NCBI GenBank assembly: GCA_947285985.1
Contig: CAMYPB010000001.1
Span: 1-38,852, forward strand
Reading direction: 5' to 3'
Source: an uncultured Holosporaceae bacterium
GTDB lineage: Bacteria; Pseudomonadota; Alphaproteobacteria; RUG11792
DNA length: 38,852 bases
Numbering within the stretch: position 1 is the first letter of the stretch; every line of letters starts with the position of its first letter. The position numbers and the translations under genes were made by a program. Below are positions 18,579 through 27,627 of the stretch, piece after piece. The notes under the pieces were generated by a model that was not told where the DNA came from, did not search any database, and saw only the letters and a program-made list of their open reading frames with translations.

Positions 18579-18612
18579 AGAGTATAGGTATATTACTTAT
18601 ACTCTTTTTTTT
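18579..18612. terminator. Terminator between convergent pyk and spoT
   Basis: 8-bp stem AGAGTATA (18579-18586) / TATACTCT (18598-18605), followed by T8. Confidence 0.65.
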
Positions 18613-18618
18613 ATATTT

Positions 18619-20772
18619 TTACATTCTCTTCACAGAGTTTATGAATTCACAATTTCGAAGGGCTGCGTTTATAACGCTGAGTTGCGCTATATCGACGACT
18701 TCTATTTCGACGGTTAATTGTATAAAATTTTCGAATTTATCTCCCATTTTCAAATTTATGATAGTTGCGTTTTTTTGTTCGATTATGTCCGCGATTTTCG
18801 AGAGATTTCCAGGTGAACTATTAAACATTATTTCGAGTCTTGTTATGTATTTTTTATCACGATTGAATGCGGATTTAAGCCATGACAATTCTATGATTTC
18901 CGCACTATTGTTCATAGATTGATCATGGAGGATCTTACAATTTTCAAGGTGTATTTCAACGCCTCTTCCTTTGAAGAGGAGTCCTGATATACGATCCCCT
19001 GGAATTGGAGTGCAACAATTGACATGAAGAATAGGGAGGTCTGGAAGTCCGGATATTGGAAGGGAATTGTGAGATTGTTTGAATTGTTCTATATTTTTAT
19101 CTTCTATTATATTGTTATCGTTTTCTATATCTATATTTATACTATTCTTTTGTATTTGTGAATATATTGAGAGAATTTCTTTAGGGCCAATTTCCGAGTT
19201 TCCCATAGCGTGGTATAACTGATTTATATTGTCATATCCAAGTTTATTTGCAATATTTATGAGATCTGTATTTTGAAGAGGGATGTTATACTGCATGAAT
19301 AATTCTTCTATATTACTTTTCCCAACGAGTATATTTTTTTCTCTTTCCATTGCGTTGACAACTTTCTTAATGGAGTTTTTTGCTTTTGCAGTATAGACAT
19401 AGTTTTCCCAGTGACTTTTAGGGAGACTATCTTTATTTGTTGTTATTTCGACTTGATCTCCATTGTCTAATACTGTTTTCAATGGGACGACCATTCCATT
19501 GATTTTTGCTTCAACTGCGTGATCTCCTATTTCCGAGTGTATGGCATACGCGAAATCCAATGCGGATGATCCTCGGGGAAGAGATATCAATTGTCCTTTT
19601 GGAGTTATACAAAAAACCTGATCAGATATCATTTCTGTTTTTGATTTTTCGAGGAATTCTTCGATACCTGATGTATTTTCGAGGATTTCGACGAGATTTT
19701 TGATCCATTGATAGTTGTTATTTCTTTTTTTGATGGATCCATTTTCTTTGTATTGCCAATGTGCAGCGACCCCATATTCTGAGACCTCGTGCATTTCTTT
19801 CGTTCTGATTTGAATTTCTATTCGTTTATTGATGGGCCCTATAACACTCGTGTGGATCGATTGATATCCATTACTTTTTGGAGTGCTTATATAATCCCGA
19901 AATCTTCCAGGAACAACTAAATAATTCTTATGGATAGCCCCAAGAATTTGATAACATTGAGGAATAGTTTCAACGATAACTCGAAAGGCCATGATATCAG
20001 AGAGTTGTTCGAACGATATATTCCTCTTGTTCATCTTGACCCATATAGAATATGGAGTTTTGAGACGTCCACTAATTTGACACGGGATATTTATTTCATC
20101 TGCAAGATTCTTCAATTTTGTTGCGATCGTTGAGATAAATTGTTCTGAAGATTCATATAAATTTTTCAATCGACTTTTGGTGGATTGATCTATATCGGGG
20201 TATAACTCTGAGAATGCGATACCTTGAAGTTCATCTTTTATCGTCGACATTCCAATTCTTTCGGCGAGGGGCGCATAAATTTCGAGGGTTTCTTTTGAAG
20301 TTGCCTTCCTTTTTTCAATGGATCTATATTTTAGGGTCCTCATATTATGGAGTCTATCTGCGAGCTTTATGATGAGGACTCTTATATCAGACGACGCGGA
20401 TATCAATAATTTTTTGAAATTTTCAGTCTGTTTTTCCGCGATAGAAGACATCTCAAATTTCGAGAGTTTCGTCACACCATCAACAATCATCGCAATATCA
20501 TCCCCAAACTCATTTTTTATATCTTCGATTGTCGCGTCTGTGTCCTCAACTGTGTCGTGGAGAAGACCCCCTATAATCGTCTTCGTGTCCATTTTTAAAC
20601 CAATGAGGATCAATGTGACTTCAAGAGGATGTGAGAAAAAAGGATCCCCAGAATCTCGTATTTGTGTTCCATGATGATCGAGCGCAAAGATATAAGCCTT
20701 CCTTATGAGTTCTTCATCGAGATTGATGATATACCTTCTCATCCCATCAATAATCGTTTGAGGACCTATCAC
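18619..20772 (-). CDS. spoT: Bifunctional (p)ppGpp synthetase/hydrolase, long RSH (SpoT/Rel)
   Basis: GTG start. HD hydrolase motifs (HPLEVTLIL, LHDTVEDT), synthetase region (YQSIHTSV), a TGS segment (ITPKGQLISLPRGSSALDFAYAIHSEIG) and an ACT-like C-terminus. 717 aa. Confidence 0.93.
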   Translation of the reverse strand: MIGPQTIIDGMRRYIINLDEELIRKAYIFALDHHGTQIRDSGDPFFSHPLEVTLILIGLKMDTKTIIGGLLHDTVEDTDATIEDIKNEFGDDIAMIVDGVTKLSKFEMSSIAEKQTENFKKLLISASSDIRVLIIKLADRLHNMRTLKYRSIEKRKATSKETLEIYAPLAERIGMSTIKDELQGIAFSELYPDIDQSTKSRLKNLYESSEQFISTIATKLKNLADEINIPCQISGRLKTPYSIWVKMNKRNISFEQLSDIMAFRVIVETIPQCYQILGAIHKNYLVVPGRFRDYISTPKSNGYQSIHTSVIGPINKRIEIQIRTKEMHEVSEYGVAAHWQYKENGSIKKRNNNYQWIKNLVEILENTSGIEEFLEKSKTEMISDQVFCITPKGQLISLPRGSSALDFAYAIHSEIGDHAVEAKINGMVVPLKTVLDNGDQVEITTNKDSLPKSHWENYVYTAKAKNSIKKVVNAMEREKNILVGKSNIEELFMQYNIPLQNTDLINIANKLGYDNINQLYHAMGNSEIGPKEILSIYSQIQKNSINIDIENDNNIIEDKNIEQFKQSHNSLPISGLPDLPILHVNCCTPIPGDRISGLLFKGRGVEIHLENCKILHDQSMNNSAEIIELSWLKSAFNRDKKYITRLEIMFNSSPGNLSKIADIIEQKNATIINLKMGDKFENFIQLTVEIEVVDIAQLSVINAALRNCEFINSVKRM

Positions 20773-20988
20773 AAATCAAAATTCCTTTTTCAAATTCTCT
20801 CCCTTTTTCTATACTACAACGAAATTTCATAAAATTCTAAGAAAAATCTATAAAATTTTATTATTTTAAATTCAGTGTTTTTGTCATATCGTTCCTATAT
20901 CCTTGAAAATATATCCTTTATGAAATATTATATAAAGCATTAAGTTTTTGTTTTGGAAATATATTTTTTGATAAAGGGTTAGTTTTTT

Positions 20989-21645
20989 ATGTGTATTTAT
21001 AGAAAAATATTGTCAATTTTTATGATTTTTTCTGTTATATTTTCTTTTGATGGAAAAGCGTTGAATAATACTAAATATAACAATATTGTTATTAGTAGTT
21101 ATTTAATATTGAGTCCTTCTGATATACAGAGGTTATACCATAATACTGTGCCATCGAACAGTATTATATTTGGGAGGTGTGCGATATCCGATGGATCACA
21201 GTATGACGATGTGATTTATTGCGGTGATTTTTCGTGTCCAAAAGATTTGATTTCTGATGAGAAGATTAGTTTATATAGGGATTATAAACAAATTTTTGTT
21301 GATGATATGAAAGATATGACAGCTCTAAAAATAAAGGTCGGTCATTTCAAGCGTTATGAAATCATAAGGAATCAATATCTTTATATTGATGGGGAAAAAA
21401 TACAATATATCGCAAGTTGTATAATGGATTTAAAAAATTTTTTATATAGGTGTGACTATAGAATAACGGATTTCACGATTGATATTAGTCATAATCTTGA
21501 AGGTTATTCAAAGAGTGGACCTAAACTCATTAGTTTCGATATAGATTCAAATGATAGGAATAACCTCAATATAAAACCTTTCCTATTGGATTTTTCAAGA
21601 TCGTTTATTTTGTCGTATTTTTCTAAGTGTGGAAAAATTGCATAA
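20989..21645 (+). CDS. Hypothetical secreted Cys-containing protein (orphan)
   Basis: 218-aa ORF with a hydrophobic N-terminal signal/anchor (ILSIFMIFSVIFSFDGKA). I recognise no family. Confidence 0.55.
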   Translation: MCIYRKILSIFMIFSVIFSFDGKALNNTKYNNIVISSYLILSPSDIQRLYHNTVPSNSIIFGRCAISDGSQYDDVIYCGDFSCPKDLISDEKISLYRDYKQIFVDDMKDMTALKIKVGHFKRYEIIRNQYLYIDGEKIQYIASCIMDLKNFLYRCDYRITDFTIDISHNLEGYSKSGPKLISFDIDSNDRNNLNIKPFLLDFSRSFILSYFSKCGKIA

Positions 21646-21657
21646 AATTTTATGGGC
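21642..21657 (+). promoter_or_regulatory. Copy 1 of the 16-nt motif ATAAAATTTTATGGGC
   Basis: Exact 16-mer overlapping the TAA stop of the upstream ORF, 12 nt upstream of the putative leuS -35 box. Confidence 0.45.
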
Positions 21658-21669
21658 AACTATGTCAGA

Positions 21670-21698
21670 TTGAGTTTTCTATATTATTTATGTAGAAT
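21670..21698 (+). promoter_or_regulatory. Putative leuS promoter
   Basis: TTGAGT (21670-21675), a 17-nt spacer, then TAGAAT (21693-21698), 35 nt upstream of the leuS ATG. Confidence 0.4.
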
Positions 21699-21732
21699 GT
21701 TTTTATTATAACCTAATTTCAATTGGTGTTTT

Positions 21733-24261
21733 ATGTCTGATAATATATATAATTTCAGAGAGGTTGAAAATAAGTGGAAGGATTATTTTTTCAGCTATTC
21801 TCTTTCAAATGATGAAATAAAAAATAATAGAAACTCAAAGAAATATATCTTAGAGATGCTTCCATATCCTTCTGGGAAACTTCATATGGGACATGTCAGG
21901 AATTATACGATAGGGGATGTTATAGCGAGATTCTATGATATGTCGGGGTATAGTGTTATTCATCCGATGGGGTGGGATTCTTTTGGATTACCCGCGGAAA
22001 ATGCGGCCATCAAATCGAAATCTCATCCAAAAATATGGACGGAATCCAATATCGATGATATGAAGAATCAATTTAAGGATCTCGGGTATATGTATGACTG
22101 GGAGCGTGAGATTTCGACGTGTAGTCGTGAATATTATGGAGAGGAGCAGAAGATTTTTCTTGATATGTTCAAAAATGGACTAGTATACAGGAAGAAATCA
22201 TTTGTGAACTGGGATCCTATTGAAAAGACTGTCCTTGCGAATGAACAGGTTGTGAATGGAAGGGGATGGAGATCTGGAGCAATCGTTGAGAAAAAGATGC
22301 TTGAACAATGGTCCATAAAAATAACGAAATACGCGGATGAATTGTTGAAGGGTCTTGAAGATCTCAAAGGAAATTGGCCTGAAAATGTCTTGAAGATGCA
22401 GGAGAATTGGATTGGAAAATCTGAGGGTGCGAATATAGATTTTGAGATCCTTGATTTTGAAGGTGATAGAAAAATAAAAGTTTTCACGACACGTCCTGAC
22501 ACTCTCTTTGGGATATCTTTCATTGCGATCTCTCCAGATCATGAACTTTCAATCGAGTTATCTAAAAATAACAATGAAATAAAAGAATTTTTAGAGGATT
22601 GCAAGAAGAATGGTGTCTCTGAAGAGATCCTCGAAAAAATGGAGAAGAAGGGGTGTTTCACGGGGTTATACGTTAAGAATCCACTCGATCATTCGAAGAA
22701 AGTTCCTGTCTATATCGCGAATTTCGTTTTGATTGATTATGGAACGGGGGCGGTTTTTGGATGTCCTGCTCACGATGAAAGGGATTTTGAATTTGCAAGG
22801 AAATATGATCTTCCTATAAGGAGGGTTATAGAATCATGCGATAACAATAATAATGATAATGATCTTCCATATATTGGGGATGGATGTCATATTAATTCTG
22901 GATTTCTAGATGGACTCAATATAGAGGATGCCAAGAAGAAGATGATAGAATATCTCGAGGAAAATGGGATAGGAGAGGGGAAGACGACATTTAGACTTCG
23001 AGATTGGCTTGTTTCAAGACAGAGATATTGGGGATGTCCTATACCTGTCATTCACTGTCCAAAATGTGGGGTCGTTCCTGTTGATATGAAGGATCTTCCT
23101 GTCTATCTTCCAGATGATATTGAATTTGATGGATCTGGAAATCCACTTGAAAAACATCCGACATGGAAATATGTTAAGTGTCCGTGTTGTGGGGGGGATG
23201 CAATTCGAGATACAGACACATTAGACACATTCTTTGAATCATCATGGTATTTTTTGAGATATTTAAATCCGAGGATTGAGAGTCCGATAGATCGTGAGAT
23301 ATCAGAGATTTCTATGCCCGTTGATCTTTATATTGGAGGGGTTGAACATGCAGTTCTTCATCTTCTATATGCTCGATTCTTCACGCTCGCTTTGAGGGAT
23401 ATGGGATATGTCAATATAACTCATCCTTTCAAAAAATTGTTGACTCAAGGTATGGTGTGTCATAAATCCTATAAAAATAAGGATGGAGAGTGGTTATATC
23501 CAGACGAAGTTGAAAAAGATAATAATGGGAATTTCATAGATAGAAACGGGGATATCGTTGTTGAGGGGCCATCTGAGAAGATGAGTAAATCAAAGAAGAA
23601 TTTGATTAGTCCTCAAAAAATAATAGATTCCCATGGAGTTGATGCGGTCAGGTTGTTCATAGTGTCTGACACTCCCCCTGAAAAAGATTTCGATTGGAAC
23701 ACGGATGCACTCGATGGATCATGGAGATTTTTAAATAAAATTTGGAAGACGTTTAACAAAATCCTGCCAATAATCAAGAGTGATCATGATGGAAATGACG
23801 ATCTTTTGAAGACGACCCATGTCTATATAAAAAAGATAGGGGACTCATTGGAGAGTATATCCCTCAATAAATCCGTCGCTTTCATACGTGAGTTTTTCAA
23901 TGAGATTGAGAGAAATTTGTCGTCATCATCTTCAAAGACATTGAGATTTGCCTTTGAGAATTTCATAATGCTTCTCTCTCCAATAACTCCTTTCATATGT
24001 CATGAGATGTGGAGTATTTTGGGGCATGACAATAAAGATTTAATTTGGCCAGAATTTGATGAAAATTTAGCGAGTATTGATAATGTCACAATTGCGGTTC
24101 AAGTTCGAGGGAAGTTGAGGGCTACCTTTGAGATACAGAAGGATAGTGATGAGGGGATACTCGAAGAGAGGGCTCGTGAAATTCTGAGGGATACAATAGA
24201 TTTATCGACGATCAAGAAGACGATAGTTGTGAAGAATAGGATCGTTAATTTTGTTGTGTAA
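21733..24261 (+). CDS. leuS: Leucine--tRNA ligase
   Basis: Motifs PYPSGKLHMGHVRNY (HIGH) and KMSKSKKN, in an 842-aa full-length protein. It contains the Asn/Asp insertion CDNNNNDNDL. Confidence 0.97.
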   Translation: MSDNIYNFREVENKWKDYFFSYSLSNDEIKNNRNSKKYILEMLPYPSGKLHMGHVRNYTIGDVIARFYDMSGYSVIHPMGWDSFGLPAENAAIKSKSHPKIWTESNIDDMKNQFKDLGYMYDWEREISTCSREYYGEEQKIFLDMFKNGLVYRKKSFVNWDPIEKTVLANEQVVNGRGWRSGAIVEKKMLEQWSIKITKYADELLKGLEDLKGNWPENVLKMQENWIGKSEGANIDFEILDFEGDRKIKVFTTRPDTLFGISFIAISPDHELSIELSKNNNEIKEFLEDCKKNGVSEEILEKMEKKGCFTGLYVKNPLDHSKKVPVYIANFVLIDYGTGAVFGCPAHDERDFEFARKYDLPIRRVIESCDNNNNDNDLPYIGDGCHINSGFLDGLNIEDAKKKMIEYLEENGIGEGKTTFRLRDWLVSRQRYWGCPIPVIHCPKCGVVPVDMKDLPVYLPDDIEFDGSGNPLEKHPTWKYVKCPCCGGDAIRDTDTLDTFFESSWYFLRYLNPRIESPIDREISEISMPVDLYIGGVEHAVLHLLYARFFTLALRDMGYVNITHPFKKLLTQGMVCHKSYKNKDGEWLYPDEVEKDNNGNFIDRNGDIVVEGPSEKMSKSKKNLISPQKIIDSHGVDAVRLFIVSDTPPEKDFDWNTDALDGSWRFLNKIWKTFNKILPIIKSDHDGNDDLLKTTHVYIKKIGDSLESISLNKSVAFIREFFNEIERNLSSSSSKTLRFAFENFIMLLSPITPFICHEMWSILGHDNKDLIWPEFDENLASIDNVTIAVQVRGKLRATFEIQKDSDEGILEERAREILRDTIDLSTIKKTIVVKNRIVNFVV

Positions 24262-24368
24262 TATATTGAGGGGGGTGAGTTTTTCGATACCTCCCTTTTC
24301 TTGATAAATATTTTCAAAGAAACTATAATCATGGATTATGGGATTTTTCATATGTGAGGGATTGTGTT

Positions 24369-25643
24369 ATGAGTTCGCATTATATTGTCTTGAGTCGAAA
24401 ATATAGGCCGAAAAATCTGGATGATTTGATAGGACAGGATGTTCTTGCAAAATCTTTGAAGGAGAGCATTGATCATAGGAGAGTTCCTCATGCATTTTTG
24501 TTTCATGGAATACGGGGGATTGGGAAGACGACGACCGCTCGTATACTGGCTAGATGTTTGAATTGTGTTGGGATTGATGGAACGAATGATATGACGAGTC
24601 ATCCTTGTGGGGAGTGTCGTTCATGTCGTGCTATGGATCTCGATCAACATATGGACGTTATGGAGATTGATGCGGCCAGTCGAACGGGGGTTGATGATAT
24701 ACGAGAACTCATAGATTCATCCCAGTATATGCCCGTTCTTGGGAGGTATAAGATATTCATAATCGATGAGGTTCATATGTTATCGAAGAGCGCGTTCAAC
24801 GCACTTTTGAAGACATTGGAAGAACCCCCAAGTCACGTTAAGTTCATCTTCGCGACGACAGAAATAAACAAGATTCCAGAGACGATATTATCGAGATGTA
24901 TGACATTCAATTTAAGGCCCGTATCTCAGAGTATTATATCGGATCATCTGATGAATATCTCAAAAAAGGAGGGATTTAACCTTGAAATTGACGCAGCAAA
25001 CGAGATAGCGATCGAATCTGAAGGATCTGTTCGTGATTCTCTTTCGATATTGGAACAGGCCATGATGTTGTCTTTGGATACTAAAAATATCGATAGAAAT
25101 GTTATACAGAACATGTTGGGAGGAACGAAACAATCGGATGTCGATGAACTCCTTCGATTGATATTGTGTGCGAAGATCGAGGACGCACTTATTTATAGTG
25201 AGAAACTCATGATGAATGGAGTTGATGCGTTTGTTTTGTATAAAAATCTACAAAATTCGTTATACAAATTGATAACGGATGTTGTGAATAGGAAAAATAA
25301 TGATTATAAACTATCAAATTTGTTATATATTTGGCAGATATTTTTAAATCAAACAAAAAATATGAGGATGTCTTTTCATCCGGAACACGTTTTGAATGCA
25401 GCCATCATAATTATGTCATACACATCATCATTCCCCTCGATCGAAGATATCGAGATAAAAGATGAAGATGTATCCCATAAAAATAATGATATTATTTTAT
25501 CGAAAAAACAAAATAATTTAGCTTCAAAAGTTGAGGATATCATAGGAGGAAAAGTTGAGATATCAGATGATAATCAAACAAATAACCTCATAAAAGATGT
25601 CTTACAAAAATTTAAAGGGGCAGTTGCAACTGATCTCGAATAA
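24369..25643 (+). CDS. dnaX: DNA polymerase III subunit gamma/tau (short form)
   Basis: Motifs GIRGIGKTTTARI (Walker A), CGECRSC zinc module, IIDEVHMLS and SRC. GAGG lies 8 nt upstream of ATG 24369. The track ORF starts at 24354. Confidence 0.93.
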   Translation: MSSHYIVLSRKYRPKNLDDLIGQDVLAKSLKESIDHRRVPHAFLFHGIRGIGKTTTARILARCLNCVGIDGTNDMTSHPCGECRSCRAMDLDQHMDVMEIDAASRTGVDDIRELIDSSQYMPVLGRYKIFIIDEVHMLSKSAFNALLKTLEEPPSHVKFIFATTEINKIPETILSRCMTFNLRPVSQSIISDHLMNISKKEGFNLEIDAANEIAIESEGSVRDSLSILEQAMMLSLDTKNIDRNVIQNMLGGTKQSDVDELLRLILCAKIEDALIYSEKLMMNGVDAFVLYKNLQNSLYKLITDVVNRKNNDYKLSNLLYIWQIFLNQTKNMRMSFHPEHVLNAAIIIMSYTSSFPSIEDIEIKDEDVSHKNNDIILSKKQNNLASKVEDIIGGKVEISDDNQTNNLIKDVLQKFKGAVATDLE

Positions 25644-25709
25644 AAATATTATAAATCTTTAGAATATACGATAATATAATATCAAAATTTTAACTATTTT
25701 ATTGATGTT

Positions 25710-26396
25710 ATGTTTAATGTTCTGAAAAAGATTTGCATTTTATGTTTATTTTACACATTTGGAGTTTTTTCGCAATCTCCAACGAGATGTCCACATAGAT
25801 CCTTGATCATCGAAAATTATGCGACGTGTGATATAGATTTGAAATTGAATGGGAAGGATATATACGCGTTCAAGGGCAAGGATATGGAGGATGCTTATAG
25901 AAGTGTTGAAAGACGGGCATCTATCATAATAAATATGATGGCAGGGATGTGTGGATGTGATGCGTCTAGTCTCTATCAGTATAAATATTATGGGATGGTG
26001 AGGGAGATGTTATTATATTCCTTGAATTTGGGTTATAATATGTCGGGATTCGTTGATACGATTATTCGAAGTGTGTCAACAAGGGAGATTATGTCGAAAA
26101 TTTATTCTGACATCGTATTCTCTTTGGATATTTTAAATCATTCTCATATTATTCCAAGAAGTGTGAGGGATAAAATACAAAATGAAATATCCGAATTGAA
26201 ACTCATATGTATAAATTTTAGGAAAAATTTAGAAAATGGATATTCTATCGTTATTTCGAAATTGAATGATGAAATTTTGTCGTTATATAGTAGTATGCTC
26301 TTCACTATCATCATTCCATTGAATAACAATCTCTCGAAATATAAGAAATGTTTTGTGCAGACTATGGACGAAAATGAAAATAATTGTTGCTATTAA
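25710..26396 (+). CDS. Hypothetical secreted Cys-rich protein (orphan)
   Basis: 228-aa ORF with signal peptide MFNVLKKICILCLFYTFGVFSQ. It has multiple Cys, including a C-terminal NNCCY. I recognise no family. Confidence 0.55.
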   Translation: MFNVLKKICILCLFYTFGVFSQSPTRCPHRSLIIENYATCDIDLKLNGKDIYAFKGKDMEDAYRSVERRASIIINMMAGMCGCDASSLYQYKYYGMVREMLLYSLNLGYNMSGFVDTIIRSVSTREIMSKIYSDIVFSLDILNHSHIIPRSVRDKIQNEISELKLICINFRKNLENGYSIVISKLNDEILSLYSSMLFTIIIPLNNNLSKYKKCFVQTMDENENNCCY

Positions 26397-26446
26397 ATTT
26401 GAATTATTGATAGAAGATAAAGGGATATTGTGATAAAATAAAAGAT

Positions 26447-26880
26447 AGATCTAGGTCGTGTTGTCTAATCGCAGTGTGAAATGATGTTATGTTCATCATA
26501 TTGAGGAAAGTCCGGGCTTCATATAGGAAAAGCATCGGATAACGTCCGACGAAATGAGAGTGAAATGCTCATTTTAGGGAAAGTGCAACAGAAAGTATAC
26601 CGCTGGTTGAATTTTATACAATCAGTAAGGGTGAAAAGGGGTGGTAAGAGCACACCGCATATTTGGCAACAAATATGGCTTTGTAAACCCTGCTTGAAGC
26701 AAGATCAAATAGGGGGATTTTGTCGTTTTTTTTATGAAAAATGCGTGCATTCCTATGGCATCAAAAAATTCCCGGGTAGGTCGCTTGAGTTTATTGGTAA
26801 CAATAAATCCAGATGAATGGTTAGACAGGAACGTTTTTTCGTTCTGGACAGAACCCGGCTTATAGGCATGATCTAGGTCT
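26447..26880 (+). ncRNA. rnpB: RNase P RNA (bacterial type A)
   Basis: Conserved blocks GAGGAAAGTCCGGGCT, GGGAAAGTGCAACAGAAAGTATACCGC, GTAAGGGTGAAAAGGGGTGGTAAGAGCACACC and ACAGAACCCGGCTTA. A 14-bp P1 pairs 26447-26460 with 26867-26880. Confidence 0.9.
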
Positions 26881-26911
26881 ATTTTTGTGATTTTATGGGG
26901 TATTTGTTTTT

Positions 26912-27550
26912 ATGAGTTACACATTTATTCTTTTTTTGGCTGCTGTTTTTATTTTCATAAAATTGTTCAGAAAAATGGGGGAAGTCAACAAGGACATGGC
27001 CTCTCGTTTTGAGGAGAGCATACAAAATGAAATAAATAAGATACAAGATGCCATTCAAAATAAGACTCCTCATGAAAAACAGGATTCTTCTAATTTTTTG
27101 ACGTTGAAGTCGTATTTCGATGATTATGCGATGGAATCCTCATTTTTTGATTCTATGAATATTATATTCGATGAGATTTTTAGTGCGTTTGCGAATTCGA
27201 GGTATGATGTTTTGAAGGAGAGACTATCTCCATCCTTATACGATAGTTTTTCTGAGCAGATTAGAAAGAGGGAAGAAAAGAATTTACGTCAAGATTTATC
27301 GATAGAACATATTTCAAATGAGATAAAGAGTGTTGATGTTTTTCCATCGAATAGGGTTGAGATCACGATATCATTTATCGTATCTCAGATGAGTGCACTT
27401 GTGAATGACGATGGGATTTCCCCTGATAATCCAAATAGACTTTCGATGGAAGTTGAACATATATGGAGTTTTTCGAGGGAATTTCAAAGTGATGAAAATT
27501 CATCGCCTTCAAATTGGATACTCATAAAAACATCTTCAGTTATAAAATAA
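26912..27550 (+). CDS. Tim44-like domain membrane protein
   Basis: An N-terminal TM helix followed by a C-terminal Tim44-like fold pattern (FDEIFSAFANSRYDVLKERLSPSLYDSFSEQI...WSFSRE...NWILIK). Confidence 0.75.
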   Translation: MSYTFILFLAAVFIFIKLFRKMGEVNKDMASRFEESIQNEINKIQDAIQNKTPHEKQDSSNFLTLKSYFDDYAMESSFFDSMNIIFDEIFSAFANSRYDVLKERLSPSLYDSFSEQIRKREEKNLRQDLSIEHISNEIKSVDVFPSNRVEITISFIVSQMSALVNDDGISPDNPNRLSMEVEHIWSFSREFQSDENSSPSNWILIKTSSVIK

Positions 27551-27627
27551 TTTTTTTTTTTTTGTTGTGTACGAAATGTCATGGTTTTATACCTTCTATG
27601 TTATAGTTATATTATGTTGTTGTTTTT

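Noticed and set aside
26565-26816. 83-aa plus-strand ORF
   Set aside because: It lies entirely within the RNase P RNA gene, whose conserved core blocks are unambiguous.
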